The position numbers and the translations under genes were made by a program. A stretch of 39,512 nt of DNA from Planctomycetota bacterium (GTDB lineage: Bacteria > Planctomycetota > Phycisphaerae > FEN-1346). Each line of letters opens with the position of its first letter. Position 1 is the first letter of the stretch. The stretch covers positions 1-39,512 of the forward strand of contig JADHXV010000003.1 of NCBI GenBank assembly GCA_016782785.1, written 5' to 3'. Positions 26,523 through 34,532 of this stretch are shown piece by piece. The notes beneath the pieces are model-generated. The model had not been told where the DNA came from, searched no databases, and saw nothing but the letters and a program-made list of their open reading frames with translations.

Positions 26523-27669
26523 GAACCGGGCCGCCTCCCGGGTGACGGGCATCGGCCTGGGCCTGCGCGTGAAGGTGAACGCGAACCTGGGCACGAGCCC
26601 GGACTATGCGGATATCCAGATGGAACTTGAGAAGGTCCGTGTCGCCCAGGAGGCCGGGGCCGATGCCGTCATGGACCTGTCGACGGGCGGCGACGTGCCG
26701 GCAATCCGCCGCCGCCTGATGGACGCGTGCGACGTAACTCTTGGCACGGTGCCTATTTACGAGGCAGCCGCCGCCGCGGCGCGGGCCCACGGTGACGTGG
26801 CCTCCATGACCGCCGACGACATGCTGGCGGCCGTTCGCCGGCACGCCGAGGACGGCGTGGACTTCGTGACGGTGCACTGCGGGGTGGCTCGACGGATCGC
26901 CGAGTCCGACGCGCTGGCGCGCCGCGTGTGCGGCATCGTGAGCCGCGGCGGCACGTTCCTGGCGCACTGGATGCGCCGGCACAAGCAGGAAAACCCGCTG
27001 CTGGAACGGTTTGACGAGGTCATCGACATCGCGCGGGAGTACGACGTCACGCTGAGCCTGGGCGACGGCCTGCGGCCGGGCGCGATTGCCGACTCGATGG
27101 ACACGCCGCAGGTGGAGGAGTTGACGCTCCTGGCGGAACTGGCGCGGCGGGCGGTGGCCGCGGGCGTCCAGGTCATGCTGGAGGGGCCCGGCCATGTGCC
27201 GCTCAACCAGGTCGAGGCGCAGGTGCGGCTCCAGAAAGAGGTGAGCGGCGGGTTGCCGTTCTATGTGCTCGGGCCGATCGTGACCGACGTGGCGCCCGGG
27301 TACGACCACATCACGGCGGCGATCGGCGGTGCGCTGGCGGCCATGGCGGGTGCGGACTTCCTGTGTTACGTGACGCCGACCGAGCACCTGGGCCTGCCGC
27401 GGCCGGAGGACGTGCGCGAGGGCGTGATCGCGGCCCGCATCGCCGCCCATGCGGGCGACGTGGCGCGCGGCCGGGCCGACGCCCTGGCGTGGGACCGCCG
27501 GATCAGCGAAGCCCGCGGCCGGCGCGACTGGGAATGTCAACTGGCCGAGGCGATTGACCCGGTCCGCGCGCGGCAACTGCGCGAGGCCCGGCGCCCCGAG
27601 CACGGCGACGTGTGCTCGATGTGCGGCGATTATTGCGTGTTCAAGGTTCGCAGTTCCGAGGACGCGTGA
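26389..27669 (+). CDS. thiC: Phosphomethylpyrimidine synthase ThiC, short form (a Bza-type paralog is not excluded)
   Basis: KVNANLGTS, AVMDLSTGG, GTVPIYE, IVSRGG, SLGDGLRPG, EGPGHVP, PGYDHIT and C-terminal CSMCGDYC motifs. Confidence 0.88.
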   Translation: MTQLERARQGEITDAVRAVAEAEGLDAETVRRRVAEGRVAIPLNKNRAASRVTGIGLGLRVKVNANLGTSPDYADIQMELEKVRVAQEAGADAVMDLSTGGDVPAIRRRLMDACDVTLGTVPIYEAAAAAARAHGDVASMTADDMLAAVRRHAEDGVDFVTVHCGVARRIAESDALARRVCGIVSRGGTFLAHWMRRHKQENPLLERFDEVIDIAREYDVTLSLGDGLRPGAIADSMDTPQVEELTLLAELARRAVAAGVQVMLEGPGHVPLNQVEAQVRLQKEVSGGLPFYVLGPIVTDVAPGYDHITAAIGGALAAMAGADFLCYVTPTEHLGLPRPEDVREGVIAARIAAHAGDVARGRADALAWDRRISEARGRRDWECQLAEAIDPVRARQLREARRPEHGDVCSMCGDYCVFKVRSSEDA

Positions 27670-28277
27670 CCGTGCGGAGAGGTGCACAACTCGGGCCGCT
27701 GGCCGCCGGCGTCCTGCTGGCGGCGCTGGTGGCCGGCTGCGACAGCGACGACCCCGTCCCGTACGTTCTGCCGGACGGGACCGATGTCGCGCGGTTCCGG
27801 TTCCTGGCGTTCAAGACGGCCGAGGAAGTGGAGGGCGGCGAGGTCGCGCTGGACTCGCTTCGCGGCAGCGTGGTGCTGCTGAACCTGGTCGGCACGTGGT
27901 CGGCTGACTGCCGCGACACCGCGCCCATCATGGTGAGCCTGTATCACCGTTACTATGGCGAGGATTTCGAAATCATCGGCCTGGCGTACGAGCAGACAGA
28001 CGACGCGGATCAGGCCCGCCAGGCCGTGAGCGTGTACCGGGAGGAGTTCAGTATCCCGTACCGTCTGGCCATCGGCCCGGAAGTCCTGTGGCAGGAACTG
28101 GAGCGTTACGCCAAGGTGTCGCGGCGCCTGCCGACGCTTGTGCTGGTAGACCGGCGGGGCGTGGCTCGGCACGTGTTCGAGGGGTTGGCGCCCGGAAGCG
28201 AGCAGACGCTGGCCGAGGAGATCGAAACGCTCTTGGAGGAACCTTACGCGCCGGACGGGTCCGGCGAGGCCGACTGA
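27666..28277 (+). CDS. TlpA/redoxin-like lipoprotein with SxxC active site
   Basis: Lipobox VAGC; LRGSVVLLNLVGTWSADC; cis-Pro motif LPTLVLVDRRG. GTGA overlap with the thiC stop. Confidence 0.82.
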   Translation: MTVRRGAQLGPLAAGVLLAALVAGCDSDDPVPYVLPDGTDVARFRFLAFKTAEEVEGGEVALDSLRGSVVLLNLVGTWSADCRDTAPIMVSLYHRYYGEDFEIIGLAYEQTDDADQARQAVSVYREEFSIPYRLAIGPEVLWQELERYAKVSRRLPTLVLVDRRGVARHVFEGLAPGSEQTLAEEIETLLEEPYAPDGSGEAD

Positions 28278-28314
28278 CGGTGGCCACAGCCGATGCGTCA
28301 CGTGTTGCGTCCTA

Positions 28315-28413
28315 TCGCGCGGTGGGTCTCCGGACCCACCGCGCAGTACCGGGAGCCCGGCGCGCGGGAAACGGGGGTTCAGCGCGGCAGGTCGGGAGAC
28401 GCGCCGCGCGGGA
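28315..28413. repeat. Inverted pair of family B REP-like units (REPIN-like) between convergent genes
   Basis: GCGCGGTGGGTCTCCGGACCCACCGCGC (about 28317-28344, reverse orientation) and GCGCGGCAGGTCGGGAGACGCGCCGCGCGGGA (28382-28413). CGCGCGGGAAA also recurs locally. Confidence 0.75.
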
Positions 28414-28447
28414 AATCGCGCGGGAAATTGGCAGACCCGGCTGCACG

Positions 28448-29014
28448 TCACTCCGCCGGCGCGAGCAGGAAGAGGAACTCGGCGTTGCCGCCGCCGCCAC
28501 GGATGGGGGACCGCGTCTCGGCCAGCAGGCGCAGGCCGGCTTCCTTGACGTCGATCCGGACCCTCGAGAGGACGGGGTCGAGGTTCGCTTCCGGCACGAC
28601 GCCGTCGGTGCGTTCGGTTTCGGCGGCTTCGTATTGCGGCTTGACGAGCGAGATGATGCGTCCGCCGGGCCGGAGGAGCGCGGCCGCCGCCGGCAGCACG
28701 TGACGCTGACGCGTCCAGCCCACGTCGATCGTGACCAGGTCCGCCGGTTCGGGCAGGGTGACGTGCATGGCGTTGGTGCGTTCCATGACGACGACGCGGG
28801 GGTCGTTTCGCAGTTTCCACGCCAGCGTGCCGTAGGACGTGTCCACCGCGTAGACCTTGGCGGCGCCGTGCGCGAGCAGGCAGTCGACGAAGCCGCCCTG
28901 GTGGCTGCCGAGGTCGGCGCAGACGGCCGATGCCGCGTCCACCTCGAACGTCCGCAGCGCGTGTTCGAGTTTCAGGCCCGACCGGGTAACGTACTTGGCC
29001 TCGTCGTCGGACAT
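28448..29014 (-). CDS. tlyA: TlyA-family RNA 2'-O-methyltransferase lacking the S4 domain
   Basis: YVTRSGLKLEHAL, DLGSHQGGFVDCLL, VYAVD, LRNDPRV, LVKPQYE and SPIRGGGGNAEFL motifs. Only 188 aa. Confidence 0.85.
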   Translation of the reverse strand: MSDDEAKYVTRSGLKLEHALRTFEVDAASAVCADLGSHQGGFVDCLLAHGAAKVYAVDTSYGTLAWKLRNDPRVVVMERTNAMHVTLPEPADLVTIDVGWTRQRHVLPAAAALLRPGGRIISLVKPQYEAAETERTDGVVPEANLDPVLSRVRIDVKEAGLRLLAETRSPIRGGGGNAEFLFLLAPAE

Positions 29015-29043
29015 AGTGCCCCTGTGCCTCGTTGGACCGGAGC

Positions 29044-29115
29044 ATTATAGAGTTTCCGCGGCGGTTGTACAGGATGTGCCGTGCGCTTGTGTGCGGGGCC
29101 GGCGACCGCTACAAT
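29044..29115. promoter_or_regulatory. Divergent promoters for tlyA and the lipoprotein gene
   Basis: Minus strand TATAAT at 29044-29049. Plus strand TTGTGT-17-TACAAT (29087-29115). Confidence 0.55.
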
Positions 29116-29159
29116 GGCCTCGTCAGGACCATGCAAGGACCCGGACAAAGGAGAAACCA

Positions 29160-29720
29160 ATGAGACGAGCGGCTCTGGTGGGAGTGCTGGCACTCGTGGT
29201 TGGCACGGGCTGCATCGGCACGGCGGCCAAGCAGGCCGTGTACGGCGTAACGGGCGCCAGCGCCCGGTACTACGAGATCAAGAGCGCGGGCGGCGAGACG
29301 GCGCTGGATCGCTTCAACGCGGTCGGCGTGGCGGCGTTCGACCCGTCGCCGATGCAGGGGGCGGTGCCCGCCGCGATCCCCCAGAAAGTACAGGCCGCCG
29401 TCGTCAAGCACCTGACCGAGTCGAAGATGTTCCCGGCGGTGACGGCCGGCACGCCGCCCGCCGGCGGGCTGCTCGTCCGAGGGAAGTTCATGGATTTCGA
29501 CCCCGGCGGCTCGGCGCTCAGGGCCATGGGCTTCGGCGTCGACCCGTTTCTGACGGCCCAGATTGAACTCGTCGACGCGGGTTCGAACCAGGTCATCGGC
29601 ATGGCCATGGTCACCGGTACCGTCAAGAGCGCCGTGCGGACGGGCCTGGATGAACTGGCCGACGGCGTGGGCAAGGCCGTCAAGGGACTTGTCGAACGGC
29701 ATCACAGCAAGCACGATTGA
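29160..29720 (+). CDS. Lipoprotein, DUF4410-like
   Basis: AAGGAG RBS; signal MRRAALVGVLALVVGTGC; LLVRGKFMDFDPGGSALRAMGFG...LTAQIELVDA pattern. Confidence 0.7.
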   Translation: MRRAALVGVLALVVGTGCIGTAAKQAVYGVTGASARYYEIKSAGGETALDRFNAVGVAAFDPSPMQGAVPAAIPQKVQAAVVKHLTESKMFPAVTAGTPPAGGLLVRGKFMDFDPGGSALRAMGFGVDPFLTAQIELVDAGSNQVIGMAMVTGTVKSAVRTGLDELADGVGKAVKGLVERHHSKHD

Positions 29721-29759
29721 CGTGGCCGGCGGGGCCCCGCCGCCGACGCCCCGAAGGCG

Positions 29760-31850
29760 CTAGCCTTGGTCCTCGGTCGACGGCGGGCGCGGCGGGAGGC
29801 CGGCCGTCTCGCGGGTTTCCCAGCAGTGCGGAGCCATGTAGCGATCCGCATATCTCCCGCGCTGGTGGATGTGCTGGATGCGGCCGCTCTCCTCGACCAG
29901 CCGGCAGCGTTTCTCCAGGTACTCGACCATGGCGGCCACGACCTCGGCGTGGCTCCAGGCCAGCGGTGAGACGCCGAGCGGTTCGCCGGTCTCGGGGTGA
30001 ATCTGCTCGGCCAGCACGCCGGAGGGCAGGGCCCACCGGGCCGCCCACTGCATCCACTTCAGCGTCGATTCGAGTTCCTCGGTGGTTCGCGCCCTCGCGA
30101 TTTCGCACCGCATCATCCACAGCGTCGTGATGAACCACGGGTTGCCCGGCACGCGCTCTCGGTCGTCGACGACGCGGTGCCAGGCGTCGCCCTCGTAGCG
30201 GGCGAGGCCGCCCACCTCGGTGTGGACCGTCAGGTGCTCGCGGACGGCCGCCAGCGTCGCCTCGACGCGCTCGTCGCACGGGTCGAGCACGTTAAAGAGC
30301 ACCAGGCCGCACAGGCTGGCGTCGACCGTGAGGTCCAGGTCGTAGCCGTCGCGCGACCGCGTGGCGGCGCGGGCGAAGCGCCCGGCGCGGTCGCTCCAGA
30401 GATGGCGGCCGAGTGCCTCGGCCATCCGCTCGGCCACCCGCTGGTACCGCCGGTGGAGGTCGAGTTCGCCGAAGGCCGCGGCGAAGCGGGCGGCGGCGTT
30501 CAGGCCGGCGATCACCGTCGCCACCGTCCACGTGTGCACGCCCCACCGCTCCTCCCACAGATCGTAAGACGGCAGCGGCAGGCCGGTGTCGGCGTCGACG
30601 TGCCTGGCCAGGAACTCGCCGGCCATCGTGATCATGGGGCGGTAGTGAGGCACGATGAACTCGATGTCGCGGAACTTCTGGAAGTGCCGCCACAGCGACC
30701 AGATGACCAGGGCCGTCTCGTCCTCCTGGATGGGCAGCTGCGGCGTGCCCTCCGTCTGCCACGGGTGCCACGACGACGCCAGCGACCCGTCCGGGTTGTA
30801 CTTGTGCAGGAAATAGCCGTCGCGGTGGATGACGTCGGCGCAGAACTCGAAGAACCGGCGGGCGACGCCGCTGTGGCCGGCCTTCAGCAGCGCGTAGGCC
30901 GCCAGCGCCCCGTCGCGCGGCCAGCAATACGAGTACGTGTCGCGGCTGAGGTGGATGATGTCGCTGTCGTTGGCGGCCAGGATGGCGCCGTCGTTGTCGA
31001 TCTGCGTCCGCAGGATCAACTGGCTCTGCTTGAACAGGCGGACGAGGTCCTCCGGCACGCCCTCGAAGTTGAACTCCTCCTTGTTGACCCACAGGCGCCA
31101 GTAGTTGCGCGTCCGTTCGATCAACGCATCGGGATCCATGTCCGTGACGGCGGCATTGAGGCGGCGGACCTCCTGGTACGCGCGGCCGGCGGCAATCCAG
31201 TAATGGACGATGGCGTGCCGTGAGGGGCCGAGGTCAAGCGGCACGGCCACGGTCGAATCCACCGTGCCCTGGGCGATGGTGTGGTGTTCCAGGCGGCCGT
31301 CCTCGGCGTCCCTCCACGTGCCCTCCAGGCCGTTCACCTCTTTCGTCCCGCAGGAGAACTCGCCCACGCCCGCCCCGTCCGGGCCCGAGCAGTTTACCAG
31401 CAGGTACCGGCGGGCCTTGTAATGGATGACGCTGCGGGTCTCCGGGTCGTAGAAGGCCGTGTCGCCCACCTTCGTGGCGTAGAGGTTGAAGTCGTGGCTG
31501 AAGAAGAGGCGTATCGGCCGTCGGCGGTCGGCCTGGTTGGTCACCCGGATGCGGCGCAGGTACACGTTCTCCGAGAAGTCCACGCAGTCGGCGCACTGGA
31601 GTTCAATGCCCAGGTCATGGTGGACGCAGACGACAAGCGTGACGAGCGTTTCGGGCTGATAGTCGAGGCGGATGTCCCACTCCTCGCCCATCCACGAAAA
31701 CCGGCCGTCGCACCATACGCCGAAGCGCGACAGGGTGCCCTGGTTGTGATTCTCCTGGCCGACGTGCGGAAAGTACAGGTCGCGAATCCGATAGGCGCGG
31801 TCGAAGGACACCAGCAGGCTGCCGTTGCCGACCGGCACGTCGCGGGGCAT
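29760..31850 (-). CDS. Glycoside hydrolase family 15 (glucoamylase/trehalase-like)
   Basis: VGNGSLLV, LYFPHVG, YSYCWPRDG, QEDETA, SYDLWEE, GLARYEGD, NPWFITTLW, LAEQ and SPLAWSHA motifs. Confidence 0.93.
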   Translation of the reverse strand: MPRDVPVGNGSLLVSFDRAYRIRDLYFPHVGQENHNQGTLSRFGVWCDGRFSWMGEEWDIRLDYQPETLVTLVVCVHHDLGIELQCADCVDFSENVYLRRIRVTNQADRRRPIRLFFSHDFNLYATKVGDTAFYDPETRSVIHYKARRYLLVNCSGPDGAGVGEFSCGTKEVNGLEGTWRDAEDGRLEHHTIAQGTVDSTVAVPLDLGPSRHAIVHYWIAAGRAYQEVRRLNAAVTDMDPDALIERTRNYWRLWVNKEEFNFEGVPEDLVRLFKQSQLILRTQIDNDGAILAANDSDIIHLSRDTYSYCWPRDGALAAYALLKAGHSGVARRFFEFCADVIHRDGYFLHKYNPDGSLASSWHPWQTEGTPQLPIQEDETALVIWSLWRHFQKFRDIEFIVPHYRPMITMAGEFLARHVDADTGLPLPSYDLWEERWGVHTWTVATVIAGLNAAARFAAAFGELDLHRRYQRVAERMAEALGRHLWSDRAGRFARAATRSRDGYDLDLTVDASLCGLVLFNVLDPCDERVEATLAAVREHLTVHTEVGGLARYEGDAWHRVVDDRERVPGNPWFITTLWMMRCEIARARTTEELESTLKWMQWAARWALPSGVLAEQIHPETGEPLGVSPLAWSHAEVVAAMVEYLEKRCRLVEESGRIQHIHQRGRYADRYMAPHCWETRETAGLPPRPPSTEDQG

Positions 31851-31883
31851 GAGTTCCGCCCTCCGATGGACGGCATGGCGGCG

Positions 31884-33230
31884 TCAGGTGGCCGGGTCAG
31901 GGGCCGGCCGGAGCCGTTGCTCGGCCGCCGCCACGAGCGCCTGGGCCGTCGGGCCGTCCTGGGGGAACCGGGCGATGGCCGTCCGCAGCCGCATCGTGGG
32001 CTCCGCCCGGGGTCCTGCCGCCGCCAGCCGGCGGGCGGCGGCCTCGGCGGTCTGCGCCGCCGCCGGCGAGCCCTCCGAGCCTTGCGGCGCGGTAATGGCA
32101 ACGGCGTATCGGCATGTGCTGAGACGCCCGCCCTCCCAGCCGCGCGCCAGCGCCTCCTTGACGGCCGCGCCGAGGCGGGCCGGGCCGTCGGCGGTGCGGG
32201 CCTGCGGGCCCGGCTCGGTCTCGACCAGCACCAGGGCGACGTCGGTCTGGCGATCGCGGGCGCACGCGATTTGGCTCTCCAGGTACGTCAGGAACGGGTC
32301 CGCCTGAAGCAGGCCGGTCTCGGTGTCGCGAAGGGCAAGCCGCGCGTACTCCTCGCGTCGGCGGGCCGCGGCCACCAGGTGGGCCAGGGCGTTCGCCAGG
32401 GCCTCGGCCGCCCGCTGATCCTCTGCCGACAAGGCCTGCCCCTTGCTCCGCGCAGGCAGGCACAGCACGCCGTGGATGGCCGACTCGTCGCGGACCGGCA
32501 CGCACACAAGGCCGTCGGGCGGCGCGCCGGCCGAACCGGGCGCCAGGAGCAGCGTCTCGCCCGTCCGGAGGCTCCGCGACGCCGCCGACCGGACCGTTTC
32601 GCGGTCGTCGGCCCTGAGCGACTCGGACCCGCCGACGATGACCGCCAGGTCGAGCCGGCCGGCTTGGGCCGACCACCAGAACGCGCAAGCCTCGGCTGCG
32701 CCGAGTGCCTGAAAGATGAGCCGGGCGCCGTCGTAGAACAGCGGCGTGGGTTGCGAGAGGGCGAGGCCGGCCAGCCGGCAGGCCGCGTCGAACCGGCGCG
32801 CCAGCCGCTCCGCATCGGGTCCGACGGCAGGCGAGGCGCCGGCCGTCGGATCGGCCCGGCCCGCCAGGACCTCCGGAAGCCGCCGCACGTCGTTCGGCAG
32901 GACGAAGTAGTCCGCCAGCCCTTCCGCGAGAAGGCGGGCGGCCAGCGGCTCGTTCTCAGGGGGCACCACGGCGTACACCGGGACCGCCGGCAGCGATCGC
33001 GCGAGCGCCGCAAGGACCTGTCGGGTCGAAGTGCCACCGTTCTCAATGCCGATGACCACAGCCCGCGGGGGAACCCGGGCGGCCTGAAGGAGCGCCTCGG
33101 CGGCCGAGGAGCACACCTGGCACCGATTCAGGTTCTGCTGGACCGCCGCGCGCGACGCCGGGTCGCGGCAGACACACAGGACCCGCCGGTCCGGTGGCGT
33201 GGGCGCGGGCCTGGTCGGGGGCGGGGTCAC
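31884..33230 (-). CDS. Degenerate REC-GAF-GGDEF-like signalling protein
   Basis: REC-like fold ending GLADYFVLP without acidic pocket or Lys. GAF-like LVCVPV...HGVLCL. LALRDTETGLL linker; GGDEF position reads GGRLSTCRY; AIARFPQDG...LVAAAEQRL. Confidence 0.72.
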   Translation of the reverse strand: MTPPPTRPAPTPPDRRVLCVCRDPASRAAVQQNLNRCQVCSSAAEALLQAARVPPRAVVIGIENGGTSTRQVLAALARSLPAVPVYAVVPPENEPLAARLLAEGLADYFVLPNDVRRLPEVLAGRADPTAGASPAVGPDAERLARRFDAACRLAGLALSQPTPLFYDGARLIFQALGAAEACAFWWSAQAGRLDLAVIVGGSESLRADDRETVRSAASRSLRTGETLLLAPGSAGAPPDGLVCVPVRDESAIHGVLCLPARSKGQALSAEDQRAAEALANALAHLVAAARRREEYARLALRDTETGLLQADPFLTYLESQIACARDRQTDVALVLVETEPGPQARTADGPARLGAAVKEALARGWEGGRLSTCRYAVAITAPQGSEGSPAAAQTAEAAARRLAAAGPRAEPTMRLRTAIARFPQDGPTAQALVAAAEQRLRPAPDPAT

Positions 33231-34207
33231 TGGTCGTCGTCCTCGCCGAGAAGCAGGCGAAGTTCTTCCTCGGTCAACTCCACGGTTCCGAGGACCTGGC
33301 CGCGAGCCAGGTCTTCGTCGGCGTCAAGGTTCTCGATGGCGTCGCGCGGCGGCTGGGGCGGGGGCGCCGTCGCGGCGGCTCGCTCCGTGGCAGTCCGCTC
33401 CGGCGCGGGCGGGGCCGCAGCGGGGGCGGGCGCCTGTCGGGTGGCCTGCTCGAGCGGGGGCGGCACCGGGGCAGGGGTGCGTGGCGCCGGGGCGGTCCGC
33501 GCTCCGGCCACGCCGCCTGGTGCTACCGAGGCGGGTGCCTCGGACGGCACCGGGCCCTGGCGCAGGACCTCGGCGAATGCCGGGTGCACATCGGCCCTGG
33601 CGCCCGGTTCGGCGGACGCTGTCGAAGGCGCCGCCGGCGAGAGCGACGGGCGCCGCGATGCCGCGGAGCGTTCCGCCGGCCGGGCCAACGCGGCCTCGGC
33701 CTCCACGTGTTGCGGGCGGGCAGGGGTGGGCCCGGCCGGTCCGGCGGATGGGGCGGCGGGCGACGGCCGAGGCGGCGCAGCGGCCGCCCGCGCCGGCGTT
33801 CTGCTCGACACGACCATCCGAAGGAACCGCGACAGGTCCGCCGGCCCCGCGATGACCAGGTCGGCGCCGACCAGTTCGGCGATGCGGCCCTTGTGTTCGA
33901 ACCCAGGCGAATGGTACGCGACAATGTACGTGTCGGGCCACTCGCGGCGAAAGAGCGGGAGGATGCGGAACTCGTCGGGGCCCAGAAAATCCACGCCCAC
34001 GATCAGCCGGTCGACGGGCTCGGCCCGCCCCGCCGCCTCGGTCACGGCGTCGTAGGCGGTGGCGACGAGCGTGACGGGCACGCCCAGGGCCCGCAGGCTG
34101 CGCTCGAGCCCGTCGGCCACGGCCGATCCGCGCTGCTTGACCAGCAGCGACGTGGTGGCCCGGGCGGCGGCGGGACGGCGATCCTGGCTTGAGGGCAACG
34201 CGGCCAT
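33227..34207 (-). CDS. Hypothetical protein: pseudo-receiver N-terminus, Pro/Ala-rich linker, acidic C-terminal amphipathic helix
   Basis: Alternating beta/alpha REC-like segment (LLVK...AYDAVTEA...LIVGVD...IVAY...ELVGADLVI); about 150-aa low-complexity linker; ends VELTEEELRLLLGEDDDQ. GTGA overlap with the next gene. Confidence 0.68.
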   Translation of the reverse strand: MAALPSSQDRRPAAARATTSLLVKQRGSAVADGLERSLRALGVPVTLVATAYDAVTEAAGRAEPVDRLIVGVDFLGPDEFRILPLFRREWPDTYIVAYHSPGFEHKGRIAELVGADLVIAGPADLSRFLRMVVSSRTPARAAAAPPRPSPAAPSAGPAGPTPARPQHVEAEAALARPAERSAASRRPSLSPAAPSTASAEPGARADVHPAFAEVLRQGPVPSEAPASVAPGGVAGARTAPAPRTPAPVPPPLEQATRQAPAPAAAPPAPERTATERAAATAPPPQPPRDAIENLDADEDLARGQVLGTVELTEEELRLLLGEDDDQ

Positions 34208-34213
34208 GCGTGT

Positions 34214-34242
34214 ACTATGTCCTATTTCCGGCCCTTCGTCAA
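34214..34242 (-). promoter_or_regulatory. Sigma70 promoter predicting a leaderless transcript
   Basis: TTGACG-17 nt-CATAGT, then 6 nt, then ATG 34207. No SD sequence. Confidence 0.6.
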
Positions 34243-34284
34243 GTCAGGTTCGCGGGCGGCAGGGGCACGGCCGCCCGCCATCGA

Positions 34285-34409
34285 GGGTGGCACGGCAGCG
34301 GCGTGGCCGCGGCCGTGGGGGGCCGTTGCCACGGCTACGCTAACAAACAGCGTGGCCGTGCCACCCGGCCCGTACGGGCCGGGCCACACAACAGCCGGCC
34401 GGGCCACAC
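34285..34409. repeat. Composite REP cluster: inverted family C pair plus family A copy 4
   Basis: GGGTGGCACGGC (34285-96) and GCCGTGCCACCC (34355-66), each with its own hairpin. CCCGGCCCGTACGGGCCGGG at 34364-83. GGCCGGGCCACAC occurs twice. Confidence 0.8.
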
Positions 34410-34451
34410 GGCGAGGCGAAGTGGCTCCGGTAGGGCCGGGCGGAATGCGGG

Positions 34452-34480
34452 TTCAAATCCGCGGCCGGCGGGCGTATAAT
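34452..34480 (+). promoter_or_regulatory. Sigma70 promoter of the ABC operon
   Basis: TTCAAA-17 nt-TATAAT. Confidence 0.6.
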
Positions 34481-34532
34481 CCTTCGGCATAGAGGGGGGG
34501 GGTGTGCAGGCTCGCTTGGAGATGATGACGCT

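Noticed and set aside
34410-34470. tRNA-like GGGTTCAAATCC T-loop motif
   Set aside because: No proper T-stem, acceptor stem, anticodon arm or CCA. The TTCAAA fits a -35 element instead.
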